From positions 64,001 to 128,000 of the forward strand of contig JAWSUS010000005.1 in assembly GCA_033549025.1 (NCBI GenBank): a DNA stretch of 64,000 nucleotides. The letters run 5' to 3'. A model generated the notes under the pieces. It made no database searches, had not been told where the DNA came from, and was given only the letters and a program-made list of their open reading frames with translations. Of the stretch, positions 9,987 to 18,924 are shown in pieces; position 1 is the stretch's first letter; each line of letters opens with the position of its first letter. Origin of the DNA: Desulfuromonadales bacterium (GTDB lineage: Bacteria; Desulfobacterota; Desulfuromonadia; Desulfuromonadales; SZUA-540). The translations under genes were made by a program, and so were the position numbers.

Positions 9987-12076
9987 TGCTGACAGTCACC
10001 AACCTCACCGCTCATTACGGGGCCGCCCAGGCCCTCTTCGGCGTCAGCTTCGAGGTGCGTGCCGGCGAGACGGTGGCCCTGGTCGGGGCCAACGGCGCCG
10101 GCAAGAGTACCCTGCTCAAGTGTCTGATGGGACTGGTCAAGCCGACGGCCGGGAGCATCCTTCTCGATGGTCGCGATTTGACCGGCAGCGCTCCGGCCCG
10201 CATGGTCGGGCAGGGACTCGCCCTCTCGCCGGAAGGACGGGAGGTGTTCGCCCAGCTGTCGGTGCACGAAAATCTGCAGCTCGGCGCCCTGGCTCTGCGC
10301 CTGGCCAAGAAGGAGGAGTCGGCGCGCCTGGAGGAAGTCTATGAGCGCTTTCCCAAGCTCCGGCAGCGCCAGACGCAGCTGGCCGGCACCCTCTCCGGCG
10401 GTGAACAGCAGATGCTCGCCATGGGACGGGCTCTTATGGCCAAGCCGCGCCTGCTGCTCCTCGACGAGCCGAGTCTGGGGCTGGCCCCTCTCATCACCGA
10501 CGAGATCTTCGCCATCATTCATCAGCTCGGCCGGGCCGGCACCACCATACTGCTGGTGGAGCAGAACGCCGCCCGCGCCCTTTCCGCCTCCGACAGTGCC
10601 TATCTGCTGGCCAACGGCCGCATCGTCGAGCAGGGGGAAAGCTCCCGTCTTCTCACCGATCCGGCGCTCCGTTCGGCCTTTTTGGGCGCCGCCAGTCAGG
10701 ACAACCCCGCTGCCAGTCGTCTCGGCGCTGCCGGGTTGACCAATATCCGCCTGGAGAAACCCGCTATGCACCAGAAGAATTTCATGCCCGCCTTTGAAAA
10801 CGAAGCCCAGCTCAAGGATCACCAGCTCAAAGGGCTGCAGTGGACCGTGCGCCACGCCTACGAAGGATCGAGCTTTTACCGGCAGCGGCTGGATGAGGCC
10901 GGCGTCAGCCCCGACAGCATCCGCAGCTTGGACGATGTACGCCGCCTCCCCTTTACCACCGCCGACGATCTGCGCGACGGCTATCCCTTCCCCCTGCGCG
11001 CCGTGCCCTTCGAGCAGATTGTGCGCGTGCATGCCAGTTCGGGCACCACGGGCAAGCGCAAGGTGCTCTGTTATACGCAGAAGGATCTCGACGACTGGAC
11101 CGACTTCTTTGCCCGCGCCTACCAGATGGCCGGCGTCACCCCCCTCGATCGCGTGCAGATTGCCGTCGGCTATGGGGTGTGGACGGCCGGCATGGGCTTT
11201 CAGCTCGGCTGCGAAAAGATCGGCGCCCTCGCCGTGCCCGTCGGGCCGGGCAATATCGATCTGCAGATCCAGTTTCTTATCGATTTCCAGTCCACCGTCT
11301 TCTGCTCCACCGCCTCCATGGCCCTGCTGATGGCCGAAGAGATTCACAAGCGGGGGGTGGCCGACAAAATCGCCGTCCGGAAGATCATCTACGGCTCCGA
11401 GCGCTCCAGTCGCTCCATGCGTCAGAAAATCTCCGAGCTCTTTGGTGGGGCCGAACTCTTTGATATTACCGGGCTCACCGAACTCTACGGCCCCGGTACC
11501 GGCATCGAGTGCAGCGAGCACGACTGCATCCACTACTGGGGGGATTACTACCTGCTGGAGATCGTCGATCCCGACACCCTGCAACCCCTCCCTGACGGCG
11601 AGTGGGGGGAAATGGTCCTCACCAGCCTGTGCAAGGAGGCGTCGCCCCTCATCCGCTATCGCACCCGCGACATCACCCGCATTATTCCCGGTGCCTGTAC
11701 CTGCGGTTCGGTGCTCCCCCGTCATTCCCGCATCAAGGGGCGCAGCGATGACACCATCAAGTTTCGCGGCGTCAACATCTATCCGTCGAGCATCGATACC
11801 ATCCTCTCCGCCGTGCCCGGGCTCGGCTCCGAATATCAGATTCATCTGACCCGTGAAGAAGCGTCCGGGCGGGACAGCATGCGCCTGCTTATCGAGCGCG
11901 CCCAGGGGGTCGGCGCCGAGCGCAGCGCTGAACTCATCCACGAGGCCATCCACCAGATCAAGAAGCAGCTCATGGTCTCCGCCGACCTGGAGTTGGTCGA
12001 TTACGGCAGCCTGCCCCGCTCTGAGGGCAAAAGCAAACGCGTCTTTGATACGCGGATTCAGGATGAAATCGTCTGA
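9986..12076 (+). CDS. In-frame fusion of LivF-like ABC ATPase and phenylacetate-CoA ligase (PaaK/PaaF-like)
   Basis: aa 1-235: GANGAGKST, LSGGEQQMLA, LDEPSLGLAP, VEQN. From aa 261: DDLRDGYPF, VHASSGTTGK, GLTELYGPG, PLIRYRTRD, GRSDD, RGVNIYPS. No stop codon between the domains. Confidence 0.88.
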   Translation: MLTVTNLTAHYGAAQALFGVSFEVRAGETVALVGANGAGKSTLLKCLMGLVKPTAGSILLDGRDLTGSAPARMVGQGLALSPEGREVFAQLSVHENLQLGALALRLAKKEESARLEEVYERFPKLRQRQTQLAGTLSGGEQQMLAMGRALMAKPRLLLLDEPSLGLAPLITDEIFAIIHQLGRAGTTILLVEQNAARALSASDSAYLLANGRIVEQGESSRLLTDPALRSAFLGAASQDNPAASRLGAAGLTNIRLEKPAMHQKNFMPAFENEAQLKDHQLKGLQWTVRHAYEGSSFYRQRLDEAGVSPDSIRSLDDVRRLPFTTADDLRDGYPFPLRAVPFEQIVRVHASSGTTGKRKVLCYTQKDLDDWTDFFARAYQMAGVTPLDRVQIAVGYGVWTAGMGFQLGCEKIGALAVPVGPGNIDLQIQFLIDFQSTVFCSTASMALLMAEEIHKRGVADKIAVRKIIYGSERSSRSMRQKISELFGGAELFDITGLTELYGPGTGIECSEHDCIHYWGDYYLLEIVDPDTLQPLPDGEWGEMVLTSLCKEASPLIRYRTRDITRIIPGACTCGSVLPRHSRIKGRSDDTIKFRGVNIYPSSIDTILSAVPGLGSEYQIHLTREEASGRDSMRLLIERAQGVGAERSAELIHEAIHQIKKQLMVSADLELVDYGSLPRSEGKSKRVFDTRIQDEIV

Positions 12077-12112
12077 ACCGGGTAAGGGGCTTTTTACAGG
12101 AGGAGGTACACT

Positions 12113-13267
12113 ATGAAACGCGTGTTGGGATTTTTCAGTCTGCTGGTGCTGCTGGCCAGTCCGGCGCTGGCCGCAGAGCCGATCACCATCGGCGCTTTCT
12201 TCGATCTGTCCGGGCGGGCGTCCTTTATCGGCACCCCGACCAAGCTGGTGGCCGAAATGGTCGTCGACAAGATCAATCAGGAGGGGGGCATCAACGGCCG
12301 CCCTCTGGCGCTGGAGATCGGCGACACGGAAGCCAATCCCGCCAAGGCGGCCAATATCGCCAAAAAGTTCATCTACAAGGACAAGGTGGCGGCGATTATC
12401 GGTCCCACCCTCACCGATACGGGAATGAACGTCAAAAAGATCGCCCATGACGGCCGCGTGCCTATCGTCATGACGGTCGGCGGCGATCCGGTCATCATGG
12501 GGGGCGACAAGTTCGGCCCCTTCGACTGGATCTTCAAGTCCCCGCAGCGCTCCCGGACCGCCGTCGAACGGCTGCTCGTCTATCTGCAGGAAAAGGGCCT
12601 GACCCGCGTGGCCCTGCTGATCGCCTCCGATGGTTTCGGCAAGGACGGCGCCGGCTGGATGCACCAGCTCGCCGCCCAGTACGGTGTCGAGATCATGCTG
12701 GAAGAGTCTTTCGGCCCCCGCGACACCGATATGACCGCCCAGCTGACCCGGGCCAAGAACGCCAAGCCCCAGGCCATCATCTGCTGGACCACCGGCCCCG
12801 CCGGCGCCATCGTCGCCAAGAACAAAGCGCAACTCGGCATCGACCTGCCCCTGTTCCAGTGTCACGGCCTGCCCGACCCCAAGTACATCGAACTGGCCGG
12901 AGCCGCTGCCGAGGGGGACCGCATGCCGGCCACCAAGCTGATGGTGGTGGATGAGCTCGATGACAGCGATCCGCAGAAAGCGGTCATCCAGGAATTCATC
13001 CGCCTATACAAGGAGAAAGGCTACGACAAACAGTTCCCCATCAACACCCATTCGGGCTACGCCTGGGATGCCATCATGATCCTGGCCAATGCCATGAAGA
13101 AGGTCGGCACCGAGCCGGCAGCGCTTCGCAAAGCCATTGAAGAGACCACAGGCTATGTCGGCGTCTCCGGGATCTACAATCTGACCGCCGAGGATCATAA
13201 CGGCCTCGGCGTTGATTCCATGGTGATGGTCGAGGTCAGAGAGGGTCGCTTCGTCCTGGCTCGCTAG
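12113..13267 (+). CDS. ABC substrate-binding protein (LivK-like; possibly aromatic acid binding)
   Basis: AGGAGGAGG RBS, signal peptide, PITIGA..DLSG.AS, INQEGGINGRP, DTDMTAQL, DHNGL. Confidence 0.9.
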   Translation: MKRVLGFFSLLVLLASPALAAEPITIGAFFDLSGRASFIGTPTKLVAEMVVDKINQEGGINGRPLALEIGDTEANPAKAANIAKKFIYKDKVAAIIGPTLTDTGMNVKKIAHDGRVPIVMTVGGDPVIMGGDKFGPFDWIFKSPQRSRTAVERLLVYLQEKGLTRVALLIASDGFGKDGAGWMHQLAAQYGVEIMLEESFGPRDTDMTAQLTRAKNAKPQAIICWTTGPAGAIVAKNKAQLGIDLPLFQCHGLPDPKYIELAGAAAEGDRMPATKLMVVDELDDSDPQKAVIQEFIRLYKEKGYDKQFPINTHSGYAWDAIMILANAMKKVGTEPAALRKAIEETTGYVGVSGIYNLTAEDHNGLGVDSMVMVEVREGRFVLAR

Positions 13268-13293
13268 ACTGGCTCTCGTTTCAGCTCTTCAGC

Positions 13294-13328
13294 CGGCCCC
13301 GGTCTTTTCGTCCGGGGCCGTATTTTTT
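13294..13328 (+). terminator. Intrinsic terminator of the liv/ior/paaK operon
   Basis: CGGCCCCGG-loop-CCGGGGCCG-TATTTTTT. Confidence 0.8.
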
Positions 13329-13340
13329 GGAGGGGATAAA

Positions 13341-13428
13341 ATAAAAAAGGCGCACCGGCCAGGAGAGAGGCCGATGCGCAAAAGGAAGGAGGGTTGTGTC
13401 GATTGGCCAAGTGTGAACCTGACCAATT
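13341..13428 (-). ncRNA. Candidate ~88-nt small RNA with anti-Shine-Dalgarno tract
   Basis: Own promoter (TTGACC-17-TATTGT), 11-bp 5' hairpin, single-stranded ACAACCCUCCUUCCUUUU, then an 11-bp GC terminator with U-tract. G-U pairs favour the minus strand. Confidence 0.6.
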
Positions 13429-13434
13429 GGGTAA

Positions 13435-13463
13435 ACAATACCAAGACGATAGGAAAAGGTCAA
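13435..13463 (-). promoter_or_regulatory. Sigma70 promoter of the candidate sRNA
   Basis: Minus strand TTGACC (13463-13458), 17-nt spacer, extended -10 TG-G-TATTGT (13440-13435). Confidence 0.65.
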
Positions 13464-13539
13464 TACAAAATTCAGTTTTTTGGTGGGAAAATTTATGCAC
13501 CGGTAGACCGGGGGGGTTGTAGCCTGCGCGTTTACGGGG

Positions 13540-13568
13540 TTGCAGGGGGTGGGGTTTAACGGTAGAAT
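13540..13568 (+). promoter_or_regulatory. Putative sigma70 promoter for serB
   Basis: TTGCAG-17 nt-TAGAAT. Confidence 0.55.
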
Positions 13569-13610
13569 ACCGGCGTTTTTCAGGACAGATGAAAGGGGTT
13601 GTTTATCATT

Positions 13611-14807
13611 ATGGATCGTAAGATGGTTCTTGTTACCATGACCGGGCCGGACAAGCCGGGCATCGTCGCCGCAGTGACCGGCAATATCGCCGCCGCCGGG
13701 GCGCGCATCCGCGACATCGAGCAGACGGTGACCCATACGCTGCTTTCCTTTTCGGTGCTCATCGATTTTCCCACGGGCGAGAGCGACCAGAAACCCCTGA
13801 TCAAGGATCTCCTTTTCCTGGCCAAGGAGCTTGGGCAGGATCTCGATTTCCAGGTGCTGTCCGAATCGGAGTACCGGCGTAAAACGACCAAGCACGCCTA
13901 TGTGGTGACCATTCTGGGTGGTGAGGTGAGCGCTACCTCGCTGGCGCGGGTGTCGCGCATCCTGGCCGACAACCGGGTCAATATCGAGCGTATCTCCAAG
14001 CTGACGCAGGGACAGCTGCGCTGCGTCGAGTTTCTCATCACCACGCCGCCGGAGCTGGATGTCAAGGCCATGACCCGCAAGCTGCTGCGCGTCGGCGCCA
14101 GCCTCGGCGTCGACATCGCCATGCAGAAGGAGAGCCTCTACCGCCGGGCCAAGCGCCTGGTGGTGATGGACATGGATTCCACTCTCATCCAGATCGAGGT
14201 CATCGACGAGTTGGCCCGCCTGGCCGGAGTCGGGGAGCAGGTGGCGGATATCACCCTGCGAGCCATGAACGGCGAACTTGACTTTCAGGGGGCGCTGCGG
14301 GAGCGGGTGGCCCTACTGCAGGGGCTGTCGGTCGACGCGCTTGAGGAGGTCTACCGCCATATCCCCTTCACGCCCGGGGCCAAGAACCTGGTGCGCATTC
14401 TCAAGCGGCTCGGCTTCCGCACGGCAGTCATCTCGGGTGGCTTCAAGTTTTTCACCGATCGCCTCAAGACCGAACTGGGCCTGGATTACGCCTACGCCAA
14501 CGACCTGGAGATCGCCGACGGCAAGGTGACCGGTGCGGTCAAGGGGGAGATCGTCGACGGGGCCCGCAAGGCCCAGTTGTTGGAGGAAATTGCCTGTCAG
14601 GAAGGGATTACCCTCGACCAGGTGGTGGCCATCGGCGACGGCGCCAACGATCTGCCCATGCTGGGCAAGGCCGGGCTGGGTATCGCTTTCAACGCCAAGG
14701 CCCGGGTGCGGGAGCAGGCCGATTACCATATCAACCAGCAGAGTCTCGACTCCATTCTCTATCTGCTCGGCTTCTCCGAGCGGGAGATGGCCGAGATCGA
14801 CCAATGA
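13611..14807 (+). CDS. serB: Phosphoserine phosphatase with N-terminal ACT domains
   Basis: GPDKPGIV ACT start; DMDSTLI, EVIDELA, ISGGF and GDGANDLPML HAD motifs. Confidence 0.95.
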   Translation: MDRKMVLVTMTGPDKPGIVAAVTGNIAAAGARIRDIEQTVTHTLLSFSVLIDFPTGESDQKPLIKDLLFLAKELGQDLDFQVLSESEYRRKTTKHAYVVTILGGEVSATSLARVSRILADNRVNIERISKLTQGQLRCVEFLITTPPELDVKAMTRKLLRVGASLGVDIAMQKESLYRRAKRLVVMDMDSTLIQIEVIDELARLAGVGEQVADITLRAMNGELDFQGALRERVALLQGLSVDALEEVYRHIPFTPGAKNLVRILKRLGFRTAVISGGFKFFTDRLKTELGLDYAYANDLEIADGKVTGAVKGEIVDGARKAQLLEEIACQEGITLDQVVAIGDGANDLPMLGKAGLGIAFNAKARVREQADYHINQQSLDSILYLLGFSEREMAEIDQ

Positions 14808-15499
14808 AGCTGCCCCAGCCCCTCCTGGAGGGGCGCCTGCTGCGGCGCTATCAGCGCTTCCTCACCGATGTCGAGCTGGCCGACGGCCGCGTGGTGACGG
14901 CCCACACTCCCAATACCGGTAGCATGAAGCAGTGCGCCGTGCCGGGACACCGCGTGTTGGTCTCCATCTCGGACAACCCGAAGCGAAAACTCCCCTATAC
15001 CCTGGAGCTGATCGAAGTCAACGGCCACTGGGTCGATACCCACACCCACCGCACCAACCGGGTGGTCGAGGAAGGCCTGCGCCAGGGGGCCATTGCTCCG
15101 CTGACGGGCTACCAAGTGAGAGCGGAGTTCCCTTTCGGCGCCAGTCGCCTCGATTTTATGCTGGAAAATGAGCGGGAAAAAGTGCTGGTGGAGGTGAAAA
15201 ACGTGACCCTCTGCTGCGCGCCCACCGTCGCCTGCTTTCCCGACGCCGTGACGACGCGGGGGCAGAAACACCTGCGTGAACTGATGGCGGCCCGCCAGCA
15301 GGGCTATCGCACGGTCATTTTCTTCCTCGTCCAGCGCGGCGAAGCCGAAGCCTTTACCCCCGCCGACGCCATCGATCCTGACTACGGCCGTCTGCTGCGG
15401 CAGGCCGCCGCCTGCGGCGTCGAAGTCATGGCCTATCGCAGCCTGGTGACGCCCACGGAAAACCGTGTCGGCCCGCCTCTTTCCGTCCTCCTCGGGTAA
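14804..15499 (+). CDS. sfsA: DNA/RNA nuclease SfsA
   Basis: RYQRFL, HTPNTGSM, SRLDF, VEVKNVTL, FPDAVTTRGQKHLREL. Confidence 0.95.
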   Translation: MKLPQPLLEGRLLRRYQRFLTDVELADGRVVTAHTPNTGSMKQCAVPGHRVLVSISDNPKRKLPYTLELIEVNGHWVDTHTHRTNRVVEEGLRQGAIAPLTGYQVRAEFPFGASRLDFMLENEREKVLVEVKNVTLCCAPTVACFPDAVTTRGQKHLRELMAARQQGYRTVIFFLVQRGEAEAFTPADAIDPDYGRLLRQAAACGVEVMAYRSLVTPTENRVGPPLSVLLG

Positions 15500-15506
15500 A
15501 CCCGCC

Positions 15507-16757
15507 ATGCGCGCCGTCGGCCTGATCACCGAATACAACCCCTTTCACAACGGACACCTCCATCACCTGCGTCAGAGCCTGGCCCTTAGCGGGGCCGAGG
15601 TGGCCGTGGCGGTCATGAGCGGGCATTTCCTCCAGCGAGGCGAGCCGGCCCTGGTGGATAAATGGGTGCGGGCCCAGATGGCTCTGCAGGCGGGTGTCGA
15701 TCTGGTTCTGGAGCTCCCTTTCCCCTGGGCCTGCAACAGCGCTCCGGTTTTCGCCCAGGGCGCCGTTCAGGCTCTGAATGCCCTCGGCGCCGTCGAGGCT
15801 CTCTGTTTTGGCAGCGAGTCGGGGGATGTGCAGGCACTGCAGGAGTGCGCCCGGTGGCTGGAGGCGAACGACGAGGTCGTGGCCCGCCGAACCGGTGCGC
15901 TGTTGCGGCAGGGGTGCAATTACCCGACAGCCCGCGCGCGCCTGGCGCAGGAGCTGGCGCCGGACGCCTCATTTGGTCATCTGCTCGCCTCGCCCAACAA
16001 CATCCTCGGTCTCGAGTATCTCCGGGCCCTGCGCCGAACGGCCAGTACACTGCGCCGCTTGACCATTCCCCGCCTCGGCGCCGGCTATCATGATGAGGAG
16101 GCCGTGGGGGATGTGGCAAGCGCCACGGGCATCCGCCGCAAAATTGCCGCCGGCGAGGACGTTACCCCCTTCATTCCCTTCTCCGCCTTACCCCCCTTGC
16201 AGCAGGCCCTGGCCGAGGGGCGCTGTCTGGATGAGGCGCATCTGCATCGCCTGCTGCTAAGTCGCATCTTCAGGGGGGCGGAATCGCTCCAAGGGATCTA
16301 CCTGGTTGAAGCCGGTATCGAGCCGCGTCTGCTCGAGGCGGCCGAGTGCAGCGACTTCTACGAGGCTCTGGTGGATGCCGTCAAGTCACGGCACCTGACC
16401 CGCACCCGTGTCCAGCGCCTGCTCGCCTATGTGCTCAACGAGGTGCATGCCGATGACATGGCGGCCTTTCTGGCATGCGGGCCGCTCTATCTGCATGTCC
16501 TCGCCTTTACGGCCAAGGGGCGCGCCTTTCTGGCCGCCAGCCGCAAAAAACGGACCTTGCCCCTGATACAGAATTACTCACGGATACAGTCGATACTCAA
16601 ACGGACTTACGGGGCAGGGAACGAGACCCTGCGGCTGGCGCAGCGTCTGCTGGAGCTGGAGGTGCGCGCCGGCCGCAACTACACCCTGCTGCAGCGGCAG
16701 TGGCCCGGCGGGCCCCGCAGCGGCGACTACTATCGGGAAGTCATAAGGGAAAAATAA
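15507..16757 (+). CDS. tmcAL: HIGH-motif nucleotidyltransferase, tRNA(Met) cytidine acetate ligase-like (YlbM/TmcAL)
   Basis: GLITEYNPFHNGHLHH, MSGHFLQRGEPA, ELPF, FGSE, PNNILGLEY, SATGIR. Confidence 0.85.
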   Translation: MRAVGLITEYNPFHNGHLHHLRQSLALSGAEVAVAVMSGHFLQRGEPALVDKWVRAQMALQAGVDLVLELPFPWACNSAPVFAQGAVQALNALGAVEALCFGSESGDVQALQECARWLEANDEVVARRTGALLRQGCNYPTARARLAQELAPDASFGHLLASPNNILGLEYLRALRRTASTLRRLTIPRLGAGYHDEEAVGDVASATGIRRKIAAGEDVTPFIPFSALPPLQQALAEGRCLDEAHLHRLLLSRIFRGAESLQGIYLVEAGIEPRLLEAAECSDFYEALVDAVKSRHLTRTRVQRLLAYVLNEVHADDMAAFLACGPLYLHVLAFTAKGRAFLAASRKKRTLPLIQNYSRIQSILKRTYGAGNETLRLAQRLLELEVRAGRNYTLLQRQWPGGPRSGDYYREVIREK

Positions 16758-16761
16758 GGGC

Positions 16762-17397
16762 TTAGCCGAGAATCAGGTTGGGCAGCTCGTCGCGGTCATC
16801 CGCCCGCCGGGGGAAATGCTCTTCCAGCAGCTCGGCGCAGCGGGTGATGGCTTCGCAGAGGGCGTCGCACGCCAGCCCCTGGTGAATGCCTTCAGTCACC
16901 GTTTCGACAATCTCCTCCCAGACGTGCAGAGGAACGCGGGCGTTGATGCCACGGTCGGCCAGCACATAGACCCGTCGTTCAAACAGGGAGAGCAGAATGA
17001 GGATGCCGGTGTGGTCGCGGGTGTGGTGCAGCCCCTGCTCGAGGAAGCTGACGATGGCTTTTTCCTCCACCTCGCCGCGGATCTCGGCGGGATGGATAAG
17101 GCAGCGTTTGAGCGTCGGGGTGTGGCGGATGAAGAGTTTGAAGGGGAAGTAGGCGAGGGCGAAGATCGGCAGGAAGACCCAGACGGACGAGCCGCCGAAG
17201 GCCCAGCTTGCCGTCACGCCCGTGGCCAGCGCCAGCAGGACGGCGCCGAGAATCTCGGCGCGGGGGTAGTCGTAGCTGGCGTCGATTACCATGGGGACAA
17301 TCTCGCCGCTGGTGCGTTTCTCGGCCTCGAAGACGGCGGTTTTGAGGCGCTGCCGTTCGTCTTCGCTGAAAAATGTCTGCGCTGTGACTTTCGCCAT
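16762..17397 (-). CDS. TPM-domain membrane protein
   Basis: EAEKRTSGEIV, TRDHTGILI, ADRGI, DELPN; third gene of the lemA operon. Confidence 0.85.
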   Translation of the reverse strand: MAKVTAQTFFSEDERQRLKTAVFEAEKRTSGEIVPMVIDASYDYPRAEILGAVLLALATGVTASWAFGGSSVWVFLPIFALAYFPFKLFIRHTPTLKRCLIHPAEIRGEVEEKAIVSFLEQGLHHTRDHTGILILLSLFERRVYVLADRGINARVPLHVWEEIVETVTEGIHQGLACDALCEAITRCAELLEEHFPRRADDRDELPNLILG

Positions 17398-17433
17398 GAC
17401 AGTTCCTGTGCAAGGGTGAAAAGAAGATAGTTC

Positions 17434-18156
17434 TTACCAGCCACCGGAAGCGCCGCCGCCTCCGAATCCGCCCCCGCCGCCGCCGAAACCACCGCCTCCG
17501 CCAAAGCCGCCTCCGCCGAAGGGTGGTCCGCCGATCCATAGACCGCTCCGACGGCTGCTGCGGTGGCTGCGTCCGCCCGTCAGGAACAGTAATCCCGGTC
17601 CCAGAAAGAGCAGCAGGGCCAGCAGGCCGAGTGGATGACGCTCCTTCTGCTGGCGGGATGACCCCGATCCCGTGTACTCTCCCCGCACCGCTTCGGCCAT
17701 GGCGACCAGGCCGGCGGCGATGCCGCCATTGAAATCTCCTTGCCGGAAGCGGGGGGTGATCTCCTGATCGATGATGCGGCCGGCCAGCAGGTCGGTGAGT
17801 CTCCCTTCCAGCCCGTAGCCGACTTCGATGCGAATCTGGCGGTCGTCCCGAGAAACAAGGAGCAGGGCGCCGTTGTCCTTACCTTTCTGCCCGATCCCCC
17901 AGCTCTCCGCCACCTTCAGAGCGGCGACTTCCAGTGGTTCCCCCTCCAGGGAGACGACCGTGAGCAGGACAAGCTGCGTCGAGTCGCTGGCTTCGAAATC
18001 GGTCAAAAAGCGCTCGATTTTCAGCTCCATTTCGGCCGAGAGAAGGCCGGCCAGATCGTTGACATGGCCGCGCAGGGGAGGCACGTCGAGGGCGCTGGCT
18101 GTCAGGGGCAGCAGGATGAGGAGCGCCAGGGCGAGAAAAAAGCGTCGCAGGAGCAT
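17434..18156 (-). CDS. TPM-domain (YgcG-like) protein with Gly-rich C-terminus
   Basis: Signal peptide, VNDLAGLL, WGIGQKGKDNG, IEVGYGLEG.LTD, GGGGGFGGGGASGGW. Confidence 0.9.
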   Translation of the reverse strand: MLLRRFFLALALLILLPLTASALDVPPLRGHVNDLAGLLSAEMELKIERFLTDFEASDSTQLVLLTVVSLEGEPLEVAALKVAESWGIGQKGKDNGALLLVSRDDRQIRIEVGYGLEGRLTDLLAGRIIDQEITPRFRQGDFNGGIAAGLVAMAEAVRGEYTGSGSSRQQKERHPLGLLALLLFLGPGLLFLTGGRSHRSSRRSGLWIGGPPFGGGGFGGGGGFGGGGGGFGGGGASGGW

Positions 18157-18157
18157 G

Positions 18158-18745
18158 CTAGAAGTTGACCTTGGGAGCCGTAGCCGCGCCGGCCTCCGCC
18201 TTGAAGGGTTCCTTGCGTTCAAGCTTCAGCATGAATTTGTTGGTCAGGTTGTTGGGGAAGGTACGGATCGAACTATTGAAGACCTGCACCGCTTCGTTGT
18301 AGCGCTGGCGGGCGACATTGATGCGGTTCTCGGTGCCTTCGAGCTGGTGCTGAAGGTCGCTGAAATTCTGACTGGCCTTCAGGTCGGGGTAGCGTTCAGC
18401 CACCACCAGCAGGCGGGAGAGGGCGCCGGAAAGTTCTCCCTGGGCCGACTGAAAGCTTTCGAGGGCAACGGGGTTGGACAGATCCTGACCGCTCAGGTTG
18501 ACCTGCCCCACACGGGCCCGGGCTTCGGTAACGGACTGCAGAGTCTCCCGCTCATGACTGGCGTAGGCCTTGACCGTCTCCACCAGGTTGGGAATGAGAT
18601 CGGCGCGACGCTGGTAGGTAGCCTCCACGTCGGCCCAGGCGGCAAAGACCATTTCTTCGTTGCGCTGGATTTCATTGTAGCCGCACCCTGAGAGCAGGGT
18701 CAGGGAAAGCAGAATCAGGGCGATGAGGGAAAAGCGCGTCTTCAT
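18158..18745 (-). CDS. lemA: LemA family protein
   Basis: LSGCGYN, YQRRADLIPNLV, ERYPDLKA, LEGTENRI.VAR.RYN. Confidence 0.95.
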   Translation of the reverse strand: MKTRFSLIALILLSLTLLSGCGYNEIQRNEEMVFAAWADVEATYQRRADLIPNLVETVKAYASHERETLQSVTEARARVGQVNLSGQDLSNPVALESFQSAQGELSGALSRLLVVAERYPDLKASQNFSDLQHQLEGTENRINVARQRYNEAVQVFNSSIRTFPNNLTNKFMLKLERKEPFKAEAGAATAPKVNF

Positions 18746-18924
18746 GGCAGAGCTCCTTGTTCAGTTCATGGAAAAGCAAAAAGGAATCTTGAAAATATAG
18801 TCATGCCGATGGCGGATGTAAAGGGAAGATCCTGGGGCGGGCCGCTGTGAACAAAAAAGATGTTGCATTTAATGTCTGAACGCGATTTAAATCTGAACAA
18901 ACACCGACATCGAGAGGACTTGCC

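Noticed and set aside
9956..12865. 969-aa minus-strand ORF and similar long antisense ORFs (7649-9454, 34396-36291, 39814-41397, 3284-4750)
   Set aside because: They mirror well-supported genes on the opposite strand, have no motifs, and are expected from GC3-rich codon bias.
13281..13559. Short ORFs in the livK-serB gap (13374-13559 +, 13264-13500 -)
   Set aside because: They cross terminators and promoters, lack coding bias, and the region is better explained by the sRNA.
17440..17525. CCGCC-rich tandem repeats
   Set aside because: They encode the Gly-rich GGGGFG tail typical of TPM/YgcG proteins; not a CRISPR array or DNA repeat element.
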